From Lingula anatina (lineage: Eukaryota > Animalia > Brachiopoda), in contig CM120644.1 in NCBI GenBank assembly GCA_051362555.1, forward strand, positions 10,686,567 through 10,750,566: a stretch of 64,000 nucleotides of DNA, given 5' to 3'. The translations under genes and the position numbers were made by a program. The notes under the pieces were generated by a model. It had not been told where the DNA came from, searched no databases, and saw nothing but the letters and a program-made list of their open reading frames with translations. Below are positions 12,757 through 29,590 of this stretch, piece after piece. The stretch's first letter is position 1. Each line of letters begins with the position of its first letter.

Positions 12757-14386
12757 ATGCCAGTTAAAGTTCAATGGCTTTCAAGAGAAGTAAGTACGCA
12801 AAACTTCGAGGTAAAACGGTAAAATTTACACAGAAACATGCAAGTTTCCACAATAGCGTTTTAAACAAACACAGTCATCCGCATTGCGCTTAACATTAAA
12901 TGCAGGCATAGAAATACATTACTCAGTTATTTAATATATAAGCTTTATATCCTGGATATCTAGTGCAGAAGTGTGCCGCCTATGTCCCCTCAGCTTCTAC
13001 GTCTCTTTTTATAGCACTATAGTAAACATTTTATGTTGATATGTACCATTTCTTCTTTTTCAGATCCCAGTGCCTCCGAATTGAATTCGAATTCAGATAT
13101 TGTCCAATTTTTATATCATGATTTATCAGTGAATTCGACAAAGAGAGAATAAAGATTATGAGAACATCTTTGTCTATTTGCCCTTGAGTCTCTGTGCGTG
13201 ATAATGTGTACTATTAATGAAATTGAGATATGAATTAAAGTGATATATATATATATACTAAATCAATCATAAAATGCACTTTATTATGAGAGCAAACATC
13301 GCACCCTTTTCCTTTGGTATAATAGAATGATGAATAAAAACGAAAATAAGCACTAGAATTAAACAGTCCAGTTGATTATGCTGTGAAATCCTAACCAGTA
13401 GGGCCTACATTCTGTCTTAATCATTTAAAGTTCACTCTGCCGAATTTACATGATGAAGCAGTATAAATGCTCCTTCTGCAGACTTTTTTCAATAGCAAAC
13501 GCCTTAAAATCGTCTTCGGGATTCCGTGTCTCTATTAATGGGAATGTGAGTTGCGAAATTAATAGTTTCCGTGGTCGTATATTGAATAGTTGACCTCTGG
13601 CCCGCTTAAGGTCACCTGTTTCATAACAGGCATATAGTTTAATGTTAAAACATTTGAAAATGATGAATTGGATTTGAAACTCAGGCTAGCGTGCCAACCA
13701 ATCACGTGACTTAACTGCCATAATGGTACAAGTTTTCAACCGCACCCTCTTGACGGTAAGACTTAGGCCAAATTGTTTTTTAGCACATCAAACACGTGGC
13801 AGTGAAAGTTGTTACATTCCATAGCAGGCGAACACATTGCATGAAAGTCACTAGTCTTTAATGTGAACGAATCAGTAAAGTTTGCGTGTCAGCGGGGGTG
13901 TCCGAAGATGAGTTGATCCCGATGTCACATATATACCTTTCTGACAAGTTCTGGGAAGTTATATATTATTTTCTCTCGCGTGAAAGGGTGTTATCTATTA
14001 AGAAGCATAACTTTCCTATAATTGCTGATACGCCTTTCTTTTTTTCTGCCTCATTTAGATTAAAATTGCTTAATTTCTGAGTAGGGCCTATAAGTTTCAG
14101 AGGCTTCGCTCATGAGATAAACAATTGTGTTATTTTTGGTTGTTTTCTACATATTTATGTTCATTAACCAGGTTGATAAACCAATCAGTGTGACAGCCGA
14201 GGGTGGGTTTAAGTTCATTCGCTCTTGATTACAAATTGTGCTAGTTGTGACAGTCATTGTGCCGGAAGTTTGGTATCAATCCCGATCAAATCTCCAATTT
14301 GTAGAGAACCAACACGTGTGTTTTGTTATTACCGTCATAACGTTTATTTGTATCGAGTCGTTTTTGGTGCATGCATTTCAAATCTG

Positions 14387-17300
14387 ATGGCTTTCAGGTT
14401 TAATTTTAATCAAGACGACAGTGGCATAGCCGAGGAAGTCAATGGAGGTGAGATTTGAGTGACAGGATTTATTCACAGGCTGCAGAGTACAACTAAACAT
14501 TTAATTGTTACTACTGCAGTATTTCACCCCACCCTACTTGGGGTATATATCTCTCATTTTAATGTTGATAAGAATTCAGTGTCTCTACTATTCAGATAAA
14601 TTAGTTTGGAAATTTAGTAACTCATTTTTATCCTTTTTGATAAACCTTCAAGCTTCATCCTTCAGACCTACTCGTACGAGTAATCATCAGTAATTACAAA
14701 AAGCTTATAATAAAGATAAGTAGAACTGAAGTAAACCCGAGTGGCTACAGACTACTACAGATACTTATTCTTTTGGTAACTACAGAATAAAATTGAGCAA
14801 AAATTATTAATTGCCCATAGATAATTTCAAGAAGAAGTTGTTTATGTAATCTTCAGTAAAATATGTGTTTAAAATCTTATACTTTATCCCTTTCAGCTCC
14901 CTATCATATAAATTTATACATACATGTACTGTATATACATTTACCCCCAGTATAACAAACAAATGTAGATTTTGTGGAGGTATTAAAACCAGTCATTAAA
15001 ATATAACTGATAGATCTGACATGATATATTCAGGAGTTGTCCCTGTGCTGGAGAAAAAGGCTGAAATGTTGGCAGTTGCTGAGGCAGTGGAACTCAAGTA
15101 TGAAGAAGAAAAGTTACAGGTGAATGCCCATACTTTATTTGCAGTCATTTGAGACATTTATTTTATTTAATAAGTGAATTTCTGATCCAGAGCAAGAAAT
15201 ACATTTTCTCTACATGAATAAGACATAATTTACCCATACTATGTCATATCAGTATTATAATAATTGTAAAATTTTGAACATTTTATTACATTTTATTACC
15301 GGTACCTTGTGGTTCATCCCACATCATTTCCCTTACAAATTCTAGAACCCTTGTAATTTTCCTTGCTAGTTTAGAGAGTAAATAGATGATGTAAATGCAC
15401 TGAGAAAAGCTGTAACAGTGGGATGTTACTTGTACAGTGTATCTGTTAGCATGAAGGTACATAATTTAATTTTCTTTCAATTAGAAAATTCATCAGCTGT
15501 GTTTTACTCTCAGATATTGTTGCAGTTTCTTCTAGCACCAGCAGAAGTCTGAGTAATAGATTACCAAAATCTTCTTTTCTAACAAATTACCTCATTCTCT
15601 GATTCTTTGCAGTTAGAAGACATTGCTATGGAAACACTGACAACATCAGAGGGGGAGGAGGTGAAATACTGCAGTGCTGAAGATATACAAGACAGGCTGA
15701 ATCAGGAGAAAACAGACTCAGTCATTGTTAGGGCTAATTCATCTAATTCTGATCTTATTCCACATGTATATGAAGGTAAATTTACTATGGGTGAAAAAGA
15801 ATTAATGAGATACAAGTTTAGCTGATAATAAAAATGACATTTGGTTGAAAGCAAAAATGAGCCACACTTTTGCTAATACTTAAACAGTTGTAAATGAATT
15901 GCAAGTAGACATTTATCAGTTGAGCACTTCTTGGAATTTTTCTTATCTCACATTGCATGTCTTATTATTTTCATCATAGAAAACATATGCACATCTTATA
16001 TCCTTTCGAGATACTGAAACATTCTGTCCCCCCACCCCCCAAATAAAATCATTTCGAGAGAGATGAGAATGCAAGGAAAAGTAATAACAGTAAATGCAGA
16101 TTAGAAAATTCAGAAAGAAAGAAAAAGGACACTTAGGCTCCGTTCACATGACAAGTCTATTTTCTAAAAATCTATTTTCTATTCACGGTATCTTGTGATC
16201 ACGGTCTGTGCCCTGAATAGCAGGGGCATAATTACTGGCAGCGCGAGCCAGTTACTTCCAAAGCTGTAATTAATTCTCGGCTGCGCTCGGAGTGATCACA
16301 AGATACTGCGAATAGAAAATAGATTTTTAGAAAATAGATTTTTCATGTGAACGAAGTCTTAATGCCTACAACTCTTGCAGGTGGCCTCAAGGTATGGGAG
16401 TGTTCTGTGGACTTGACACACTACCTGTCTGGCTTAAAACTGGCATTTAGAGGATTAAAAGTATTAGAGGTAGACATCAGCATTGTGTGTGGTTGATTTT
16501 TCAATTTATTTTTACAGTTGTATTATTGCTTCATAATATGATAATATATTAAACATTTGGTGTTTAAAAACTTAAGCAAAGTAGAAGTTTATTTTAACAT
16601 TTTATCTTAAAAAAATTATGATCATTTAACTTATCTATTTTTGTATTTGTCTGTATGTTTATTTGTCAGTCTGTTTGTTATATTGTGAGTCTTCTGTTTA
16701 TTTTACTTTGATATCTATATTTACTTCAGCTTGGCTGTGGGGCAGGGCTGCCTGGTCTGTACACATACCGCCAGGGGGCACTGGTAGACTTCCAAGATTA
16801 TGTGAGTGGTCGGTGGCAATATACCAGGCTATAGTGTGCTAAATTTCTAGAGTGTTACTTTCATGTTTTAAAATTATCACTGTAAATGTAGAGTTTTACA
16901 TACGCTGAGCATGACATCAAGAAAAAACAAATTCAGTCTATATATTTTTTGGATTATCTGTCCATGTTTGTCTTAAACATTTTGGTGGGAAAGAGATGAT
17001 TTTAGTTTCATGCTGAGAAATGCATTAATGAAAACATAAGTTCTTCAGCTTATAGGTATATAAGTGATCGATGCTCAGTGCTTTTATAAATTACCTTGGA
17101 CCTTTAAAACTGTGTTAAAGGTGTCAGTTCATTGTATGGCATTACCTCATACAGAGTAATGCTGATTTTGTAACTGTTTGGTTGGTTTATTTATTTATTT
17201 TTGTAGAATAAAGAAGTTCTTCAGTATGTGACCATGTGCAATGTTTTCCTCAACACTCCACCAGACCATGGAGAGTGGTGCAGAGAAAGGTGCGGCTATT

Positions 17301-19659
17301 ACGCCGGGGACTGGAGTGTGGTGCTACAACTGCTGAACTCACAAAATAAAAAGTGAGTTATTGACTTGTTTTTTTCTTTTTAATTTAAAAAGTATAGGAT
17401 GAAATTGTTTGTGTGCACAATTGTTTGTATGTTACAGTAGGTCTTTGATATATTTGAATAAGATAAATATAGACGCTGTTTCCAAGAAGTATCAGTTTCT
17501 TGGAAATTTTTAAGATTCTGCTGTATGATTTGGACAAATTGACAGCTGCACTGAAAGTGCTCTTGGTCAGCTGAACTCACCTCAAACAGTATTACAAGAT
17601 AGTTTTTAAATATTGTTTACAACTATTTTTATACTTATTGTGTTTGTGTCATCTTCTGAATATTTGTTATTATTGTGAAAACATATCAAATACTATACTG
17701 AGGATAAGAACCCTAGAGTCTCAAAACAACACACATCCAAGAAATGGGTACAGGTTGTAACTGAAAATGTTTCATTTCATCTCAAGACTTTACACTCGAC
17801 CTGCACTGTTACGAGACGTCTATAACCTCAAATTACTGCAAATGACAACTTTTTTATTCTTAATCTAGATACGACTTGATCCTGACATCAGAAACTATCT
17901 ACAGTCTGGAGTCCCAACAAAGCTTGCTGAGCTGTCTGCAGGGGCTGATAAAAGATGATGGTGACATGTATCCTTACTGTTACTCAGTTCCATTTAATCC
18001 TTCAGAAAATAATTAAGTAATTATGAGCTGAACAGATACATTGTAAATTGCACATGCCTATGTGCTTATTTTACAGTGTTTCCTTGTATCTTGTATATAC
18101 CACGTATGTAGATATAAAAGCTTTAAGAAAAAATTGAAAACCGGGCCCAGTATTTTACCTTTGATCGAAAGAGAGACTATAATTTTTCCTTTCCTCTCTA
18201 ATTCATCAGTTATTTATTCGTTTCTGTATTTACTTTATTTTTCTCTTGCTGTTCTGATTGGGTGAATAAGGATTGTTGTAACTTTAGTTGCCTTGACTTT
18301 GTCATAGATATGTAGCTGCTAAAACGTGTTATTTTGGAGTTGGTGGGAGCACTCAGAATTTCCAAGACTTGGTCTCCAAAAATGCCATACTTGATGTTGA
18401 GGTTGTGAAGACCTACACTGATGGTGAGTACAACTGTTTAATTATTCTGCATGAGTCGATGTAACTCTTTACTTTAGAATATCTGTACTGCTGGATCCAG
18501 GGGGATGGGTAGCATGTGCCCCCCCCCCCCCCCCCCCCCCCCCACGCAAAATATGAAATAATAATAGTATGAGTGAGATATAACCAAGCTATAATTTTTC
18601 AATCCTGTGTTCTGCATAATATAAGGAAATCGTCCTCATTTTCCATTTTTTGTTTGTCAAGTGAAGCAAAGTAAACATTTTACCTCCCCCCCCCCTCATC
18701 TCCAGCAAAGCCCTGGGCTCTACAAATACTGTAGGATTTCCATTATAAAAAATTTATTGATAGAGTGACACATGTGCTGTAGAGAAATAACCTGTAGATG
18801 TAATATTTCAGTAGAGTAAACTGCAGAGAATATTTCGCAGTCTTGAAAAATATTTTTTTATTTCAAAAGATGTTTAAGTGATAACAAACAGTCTGATTTT
18901 CCAACAATAAAGATTAATTTTGGAAATATAATATCTTTTCAAATTTACCCTTATTTATCAAATCAAAAACAAAGTTCACTGCAGTTTCTTGTTATTTTGA
19001 ATAAAAAGTAAATAATATCAGTAATGCGTGTTCTCACTAAATCTTGCCTTGTTGTACTTAGTTATGAGTTTATAAATAGGTATAAACGTACATGTCTTTA
19101 GTTTAAAAGTATTTTTTTTCATTCATAAACTTTACTTATTGCACTAAATATTTAATGAAAATAATTATGTCATAATGTATTTTAAATTCTTCTGTAAATG
19201 TGTAACAAAAATAAAATTAAGTTCAGTATGGATATCAAACATTTGGATGTCAGTTACTTTTTAAGGAGGCATATTCACACTATACTGTCATCAAAATAAC
19301 AAAATTGCTGATTGTTTTAAAGAATAACAACCAGTCAACGTAGTGTGCATCTTGATAGTCCGAAGGCTATTTAATCCGAGGCTTTATCGGTCCCAGAACG
19401 ACGAAATACTGGTAAGCATTCCTGCTTTCGTTTAGCTATTGCAACATTAACTGAAGTTCAGACGAAAAATATCTCTGAACAAGTACTCTGTATACACCTT
19501 CGGACCAAAGTAACTGCGGGTTATCGGGATGCACGAAAATACACATTGAACTAATTGTTGAACTGATCGAGGCACTGTTATATTTTATCTAAACCCATTC
19601 TGATTATTTCAGGCGTACAAAGGGAAATTCTCCATCTGAAACCAAAGAAGAGGTCGTGA
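14387..19659 (+). CDS. METTL18: Histidine protein methyltransferase 1 homolog (292 aa, 9 exons)
   Basis: Exons 14387-14447, 15034-15119, 15613-15775, 16381-16469, 16730-16801, 17207-17352, 17869-17967, 18308-18423, 19613-19659 join in frame (879 nt). Family motifs: MAFRFNF, SDLIPHVYEGGLKVWECSVDL, KVLELGCGAGLPG, DFQDYN, GDW, YDLILTSETIY, AAKTCYFGVGGS, GVQREIL. Confidence 0.93.
16133..16362. mobile_element. Foldback MITE in METTL18 intron 3
   Basis: About 65-bp imperfect inverted arms: cgttcacatgacaagtctattttctaaaaatctattttctattcacggtatcttgtgatcac vs gtgatcacaagatactgcgaatagaaaatagatttttagaaaatagatttttcatgtgaacg; TTA/TAA-like flanks. Confidence 0.75.
17968..18307 (+). other. U12-type (minor spliceosome) GT-AG intron in METTL18
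   Basis: 5' splice site GTATCCTT at 17968. Branch site GCCTTGAC at 18290-18297, with the branch A 11 nt from the 3' end. Splicing restores the frame DDGDI-YVAAK. Confidence 0.85.
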
Positions 19660-20863
19660 CGATACGCCACATCTGCAGAATAACTACAATTAATGTAGTG
19701 TTTCTATTGGCGTAATGATCACTTAATCTGAAAAAGAATAGCACACTTAATGACAATGAAGCGATCTTTCGGGATTTTTTATCCCCAGAACTATTTTGGT
19801 GTTTGTATCATAGTATTATAAATTTTCATAATAAACCGGTCTAGTAACGTGGACGGCTCCATATCAAAAGGGCCGGTCGCTTCATTTTCACAGTTATTAA
19901 TTAAGTCAAGTAAAACCGTAATACACATGTATTACAAATAAATTATGCAGTGGTAATAAACAAAACCTTGATTATATAAACATTCACTTGTTCCTTTTCT
20001 TTGTTTTTGTTTGTATACATGATAAACTTGTTTATATGAGTGAAAAACATGCCACTGTACATGTAGCTAAAAATACCGTATATATGCTCTTGATGACATT
20101 CCTATATATTTTTGTGCTAAAAAACGGTGACAATTTGTCATCATTTATTCAGGTGATCAAATGTCGCAAATTTCAGATAGCTTTGAAGACCACGCAGAAG
20201 CCGGGATACTACATACCAGCTTGTGCCTAACCTTAATTTTAATTAGTTGAACAATTTCAACTCTTATCTCAGTACAGTGTGCGTACTGAAACCAAATACT
20301 GCGTTACAACATATTCACGCGTCTAACCACACTTCTTCGAATATAATTTTCCATCAATAACATATCTAAACCCTGAAAAAATAAGGCTTTTGACAGAGGC
20401 ACAAAAGGTGTAGCATGGTAGTGTTATTTTTAAGATTGGAACCAAGTGAACAGCTTTTTGAGCCCCGAGTTGCTGAAAACCAAGGTAGATCATCAACATC
20501 CTCGTGGCGTTTCCACTGATGGGGAGTGAGTGTTAGGGAGAACCATAACATCGTCTGCACAGGGCGTGCATGCATGTCTGATGACGTCACGTCTCTTTGT
20601 GCTACCTTAGTTAATTGGTTTTTATTTCCTTTTCTAATGCCCTTCTGCGGAACATGTGGATAAATGACGGCGAAATTGTACAGATTAAAGGCACGGACGG
20701 AACCAAGAAAATATCAAGGGAGAGGGGCTTCCTTATTTTACCTCAGAGTCTGAAACTTCTACGTCTTTGGTGTAGCAGGAAAAAAGTTCTTAATGCGATT
20801 TGTGGTTTTTGAAAGGATTGTAACGAGAGAGGGGGGGGGGCTAAGATGTGAATAATAAGAAAT

Positions 20864-23687
<2,824 letters not shown>

Positions 23688-25314
23688 TGCCTGAATTCGC
23701 AAATTTGCTTCTGTGTAGTTTCTTTAACAAGGTAGTTCATTTTATAAGAAAGGGACGCCCAAATCGTATAAAGTATACTTGCATACTGCACATTGCCTAG
23801 GCAACGTGTCATTAAAGGAAGCGGAAACCGCGCAACTCATTAAGACATACATTCGTAATTTTGCTTATTATGCATTAGCACCGCTCGTGCGGCCGTTTGT
23901 ATGTTAAGACTCTGGACGGTGAATACAATATGATGAATGTCTCGAATTGAATCCAGCAGTGAAATTAGTTCAATTTCCACGAAGAGGTAATGTTATACTT
24001 ATATGTACACTGTCTTACTTCTGATAATGACGCACAGGCAAATGAAGCGTCCACATGCGTTCTAAACAATAGGAAAGCGGAGATCTAATAGGTTAATAAT
24101 GATTTCTTTTCGTTTCTCATTCCATAAAACTTAACTCAAATGATCTGTAAAGTAGCAAAAAAAAACCTTGCCCACTGAAAAAATATAATGGTTATTTAAG
24201 TAACTTTGATCTGTTGCTTAACATGTCAGTTTTACTTACGAGTAATATGTGTACGAATAACTGTTTCTGCAGTAAGTGTACGCCTCAGCGATCTGAAAAA
24301 AAAGACAAGAAAAAAATTAATCAAAATCATACATATATAATTTTTTTTGTTATGTTTGGCTTCAATAACAAACCAATTGTTAACGGCTTTGCTCATACTT
24401 AAAAGTATATCTGAGACATTCCCTTCAAATTGAAATTTCCTTTAAAATGCACTTTTGTTCTACTCGGTAACCATTGCTTAACATATAGTCGTACTTGGTG
24501 TCGATGTCTTTAGCCATTTCTAATAGCATAATTTTGTTCTAAATGACTACATGTAGCAAGTGACATACTGGCAGACCGCTGTGTCTTCCTGTATATACAT
24601 TTCAGCAGGAAATGTGGGCATTAGGTATTTACATGTATATATACACGTATACGTACAACTGAAATGTTGTAGCGTCATGAATCGAGAAAGAAGTAGTTTT
24701 TACAGGATATGTACTGGAAGACATAGAAAATATGAGTTTTGGATATTTTCAAAAACGGAATACCTTTAGTATTTAGCTCATTTAAAGGCATGTCATTTCG
24801 ACTGTATATACTGGTAGTTCGGCGATTTCTTCAGATTTTGTTATTTTTGTCTCAACCTTTTCAGATACCCTTTTATATTAATTTTTTCTTTTTTCTTATT
24901 GTTATATCACTATGTCTGTAAATCTATGCTGTCAAAAGGTCACCACCACAAGTAATAAATACATCTAACAACGAACAATGAAATGGATACGTTATATGAA
25001 GAGTCAAGCAGTATTTAGATGTTCTACATTTTCATCAAAATCGATAATTCCTTCCCTGCACATCACGGTGCTTTCTCTGCAAGACGTATCTACGTTTATG
25101 TAATATTATATGTAGAAATCTAAAGCAGGTATTTCAAAGATACACCAACCCTACCGGTACCTTTCATAAATTTTTTGAAAATGTAATAAATTAGAAACAA
25201 TTAAAACCAATAATAGTATGGTATATGCTGTTTCTATGGAGCAGTGGCATTTGGGTTATAGACTGGTAATCGGTCATATTTTGAGGAAAGTAATTCGCAC
25301 AACGTACAATCAAT

Positions 25315-25585
25315 TAGTGGCAGATTTAAGGGGAGTCAGGGGGTTCTGACCCCCCCCCCCCCCTTTGATTTCTGAAAACTAATATCCCCTTCCTGAAATT
25401 AGAATTTTGACCACCTGAATCATACTTCTAAACAGTACCAAATGACACCGTTCGCCCTCTAAAATAACAAAATTGTTCGGGCCCTTCAGTGGGCCCCGTA
25501 CCCCACGCCGGGAGAAGGGGGAGAGTCGGCTTCGCATCCACGGACCCCCCCCCCCTCCCTTCAAATAATCCTGGATCCGCCCCTG
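25315..25585. mobile_element. MITE with related termini and 6-bp TSD ATCAAT
   Basis: tagtggcagattta ... ctggatccgcccctg; ATCAAT at 25309-25314 and 25586-25591. Confidence 0.78.
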
Positions 25586-27405
25586 ATCAATCGTATGTTA
25601 TTCTTACAATACACTATATGCAGTATAACAGTGACAATATTTATAAATCTGCATGAACGGAAACGACCTGATTAAGCTCACGCCAAACCTAGGGAATATA
25701 TGAAACATTTCTGTTTTGAAAAAACATACTTGTATTTAGTAATAATATCACTAGCTTTGGGGTACACGTAATTTTATAGTTACATTGATTTTTCCAGGAT
25801 CTAAATTCGGAAATTGTTCTTGTATTACATGTGCGTAGTACGTAGTACTAAAGCATTATCATTCACGCTCTAATAGTCATATTTCCTATTCAAACACATT
25901 CACGATTACCCCATCAAACCTTTCAAATAACAACCCCTACCTGTATTAGAGCAAACAGTACGGAAACACCCAACCCCAGGCGACTGACATTTGGAAATCT
26001 CGACGAAAAATCTCGTTGCGTTGACCACGCCGCCATTTTGGGCGGAATTGGAATTTTTCTCGTCGAGCGGTGAGGTGTTTAGTACCATACGAAGGTATAA
26101 CAGTCGATATTGATTTTTTCCGTTGCGTTCCACGTAAGGCCGTCACCTGGTCCTTGTGTGTAGACTCTGTGCCTAACATTTGTGCATGGAATCGATGTCG
26201 CTGGAGTCTCCCTGTGTTATTGATTACACTGTATGAGACTGAGGGTCGATTGCTGGCACTGTTACATGTAAGTCCAGTAATTAATATAGGAGCAGCAGGA
26301 AAAATAATATATTCTAATATTCTGTGTTGGATTTGTTATGTGAGTTATGATTTTATGTTTTGAATGGAGTAGAAACACTCTTAACTTTTTTTTTGGGGGG
26401 GGGGGGATGAAGAATGAGTTTTTAATTACGATTAAGCGTTGAAAAAAGGGTCGATCCAGTTAGATGGGAACCCAGTCATAGGCTCCGGGAATGGTCTCTT
26501 ATAGTGCCTAACAAGGACTTAAAACTACCTTCATCTTTTGTGGACTGTCGCTATATTGAATGTATATAGGTAGGCGGACCAACGTATCCTACGCCTAATA
26601 TACATGTACACAGTATAAAAAACACATTACTGACCTTACTGTAACATTTTTTCTGAAGGACAAATTGAGCGCAAATTATCTTTTCACTATAATAATCATT
26701 GTTTCTAATTCTTGTTGCTTATTTTATCTATTTTATATATTTATCTTTTTTAATTATTTTTATTTATTAATATATTTTTATTGACGAATGATGAAAAGAA
26801 ATCCATATGGTGGTTATAGATTTTGCGATAGATTTTTAAAACGACATTGTGGGGAATTTTAGCTGGCTACAAGGAAGGCACATCGCAATCAAAGATGACT
26901 ATCGATTGCGATAGAGAAGACCGTGCAGCAATCAAATTGGACAACTCTGAATTGCGACAGAGGAGACTGGCTCGTAATGAGAGACAATGCCCTTACTCTC
27001 ATCATAAAGATAACTTCATGACTAGGGACATAGATATAAGGTCAGGTAGTATTAATCGCAGTCAGGCTATCGCCTTACGATACAGAGTCAATACTTTGGA
27101 TTGGAATTTAGCACAAAAGGGTCATTATTTAGCCTCCTTTGTCTTAGCAGAGATATATAATTCTATGTTATGCTATTACTTACAACAGTATAAATATAAT
27201 AGAGTACATGTACATTAACCTCTTATATAATAAACGCCCTTAACTGAAATCAGACGATTATTATAGTGGCATTCAATAATTTCGCTCTTTGATCAGAGAT
27301 CTACAAATGTACTTGGAAATGTCATTATCTTTAAGTATAACAAATGATACATAACTCGTACCCTTATGAGATAAACCACCACGGGATAGAGATTCAGCCG
27401 GGAGA

Positions 27406-27560
27406 ATGAGTGCTTTAAAGATAGTTGTTTGCCTTGTGGTGTTTTTCTTCGCTTTTTGTTCAGCCGGGTATAACCATACCTGTCCCAAAGTGCACGACAT
27501 CCAGTCCAGTTATGTGACCACTCAGTTTAATCTGACCAAATTTCAGGGGATATGGTGAGT

Positions 27561-27633
<73 letters not shown>

Positions 27634-28406
27634 GATTTTACATTTTAATGTAAAAACACACCATAATCGGAAGCAATAGATTCCAGACTAACCGCGATCA
27701 TTGTTCTCCAGGTACGAGGTAGCCTACCACGACTACACACAGCCAAAGCTCTGCCGATGTCAGCGCTCTAACAAGCACTACAGCCCGGAGAACAAAAAGA
27801 TCTACGACTACGGCAGCCTCTACTGCGTCAACAAAACCTACATCCAGAACCTGTCATTTGCCCTGACCAACGTGACAGGCTACTTTGAGGGCCACTGGCC
27901 GCTCGTCCCCACTGTCGTCTTCCCAGATACTGTGGTGGCCGTCCAGTTAGATGCTAGGGGGAATTACGTGTGGGTGATAGAGTTCCAGTGCGTTCAGGTA
28001 CGTGTGTGTGTGTGTGTGTGTGCTTGCGTGTGTGCGTGCGTGTGTACGTATGTTCGTGTGTGTGCGTGTGTGTGTTCAAGTATGAAAGAGAGAGAGCGAA
28101 AGAGCTATCTAACTTACTAGAGCATTATCCTCTTAGATATAGAAATGTGAGATTTTACTGCGTGGCCATACATATGCCTTAAAAGACTGGATAATGAGAA
28201 TATGACTACTCCTTGGTTCTCTTATATTTTAGATATTCAACAGAATCGACTTCGTGGGCATCAACTTCTATCACCGGCGTAACAACGTGACTACAGCAGA
28301 GCTGGATAGCATGTTTAAGGTTGCTAGGCAACAAGGATTGGGAGAGTATATGGACTATGGACCAAAAGTTACCCTCGTGGACCATAAGAACTGCGTTTAT
28401 CCGTAA
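27406..28406 (+). CDS. Secreted lipocalin-like protein, copy A (202 aa)
   Basis: Exons 27406-27554, 27712-27997, 28233-28406. Signal peptide MSALKIVVCLVVFFFAFCSA, then TCPKV..FNLTKFQGIWYEVA (lipocalin SCR1 GxWY), CRCQ, WVIEFQC, GINFYHR (SCR3-like), NCVYP*. Confidence 0.88.
27566..27631. repeat. (CT)n microsatellite
   Basis: Directly visible, in intron 1 of copy A. Confidence 0.95.
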
Positions 28407-29297
28407 CAACAATGATGATGTCATTGAGAGATAATAATAATAATTCATCTACACACACGCGTGCACACACGCACACGCACACACACACAGCGATCGACCT
28501 TAGAGAACAGTGGTAAAGCTTGAAATTAATGCTCAATGTTGCTTAACCGCAATTAGCATATTTACACACACCAACAGAAAATCAGAAAAAAATTTAGATT
28601 AAATATAACCAAAAGTATTCTTATATATTCTTGAATAACTTTTGTATGGTTATGTTAGATAATAATATGACAACCATTCTGCTCTGTTAACTTTTGAAAT
28701 ATTGAAATGTTTGTGTCGGACATAAAAGACCAAGAAACGATGAAGGGCTTTTAAAAAGAAAATATGAATTTGAATTTTACTTGGAAACCGAATAAAAATA
28801 TTACTACAGAAAATGCTTTTAGTTTGTGGTTTTTACCGATGTTTCGTCATATGTCATACCGAGACCGCAGTCATTACATTCTCATATCATTCCTCTTGGA
28901 ATATCTGACCAAACTCCTGATGACAGACACGAAGGCAGTGTTTTTCTAACAAAATACACCCTGGTGCACCCATCAGGTCACAGGTGCTGTCTGTGGCCTG
29001 TCCTCTATCTGGATACTAACCTCTGATTCTGAGGGTATTGCCATTGATCACCAAAGATTGCTGATTAATCTTATGAGAATCTAAGTGAAATTTATGGAAA
29101 TAACTTAATATGAAGATAAAAGAAAAGAACAAACAAGTCAGATTGTTACTTTATTTAGCCCATCCCAACATATAACTTTTTACTGCAATGTTTACATTTA
29201 AGAGAGGTCCAGGTTGAAAGCATGTTATAAAATTTTATTTTTGGATATGTTCTATGCATATTTTTGTTAGAAAAAAGTGTGCGTTCTATAAATACGG

Positions 29298-29301
<4 letters not shown>

Positions 29302-29376
<75 letters not shown>
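29302..29376. repeat. (TA)n microsatellite
   Basis: Directly visible. Confidence 0.95.
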
Positions 29377-29378
<2 letters not shown>

Positions 29379-29531
29379 TAAAGCGTAAAGAGAAACATTT
29401 TTGGGATGATTGTATGTCATATCTATAAATATCACGTATTTTCGGAAAGTACATTATTAGCGTATTAGCGTATCCTAAATGACAACGGCTGGCGACGATA
29501 ATTCGCCACTTCAAGTAACGGAGAACTCTGA

Positions 29532-29590
<59 letters not shown>

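Noticed and set aside
13697-13711. CCAATCACGTGAC as an ER-stress element upstream of METTL18
   Set aside because: Spacing does not match ERSE (CCAAT-N9-CCACG); a lone CCAAT/E-box pair is not enough evidence.
26847-27218. 123-aa ORF upstream of lipocalin A
   Set aside because: Non-ATG start, no motif, no paralog or convincing splice support.
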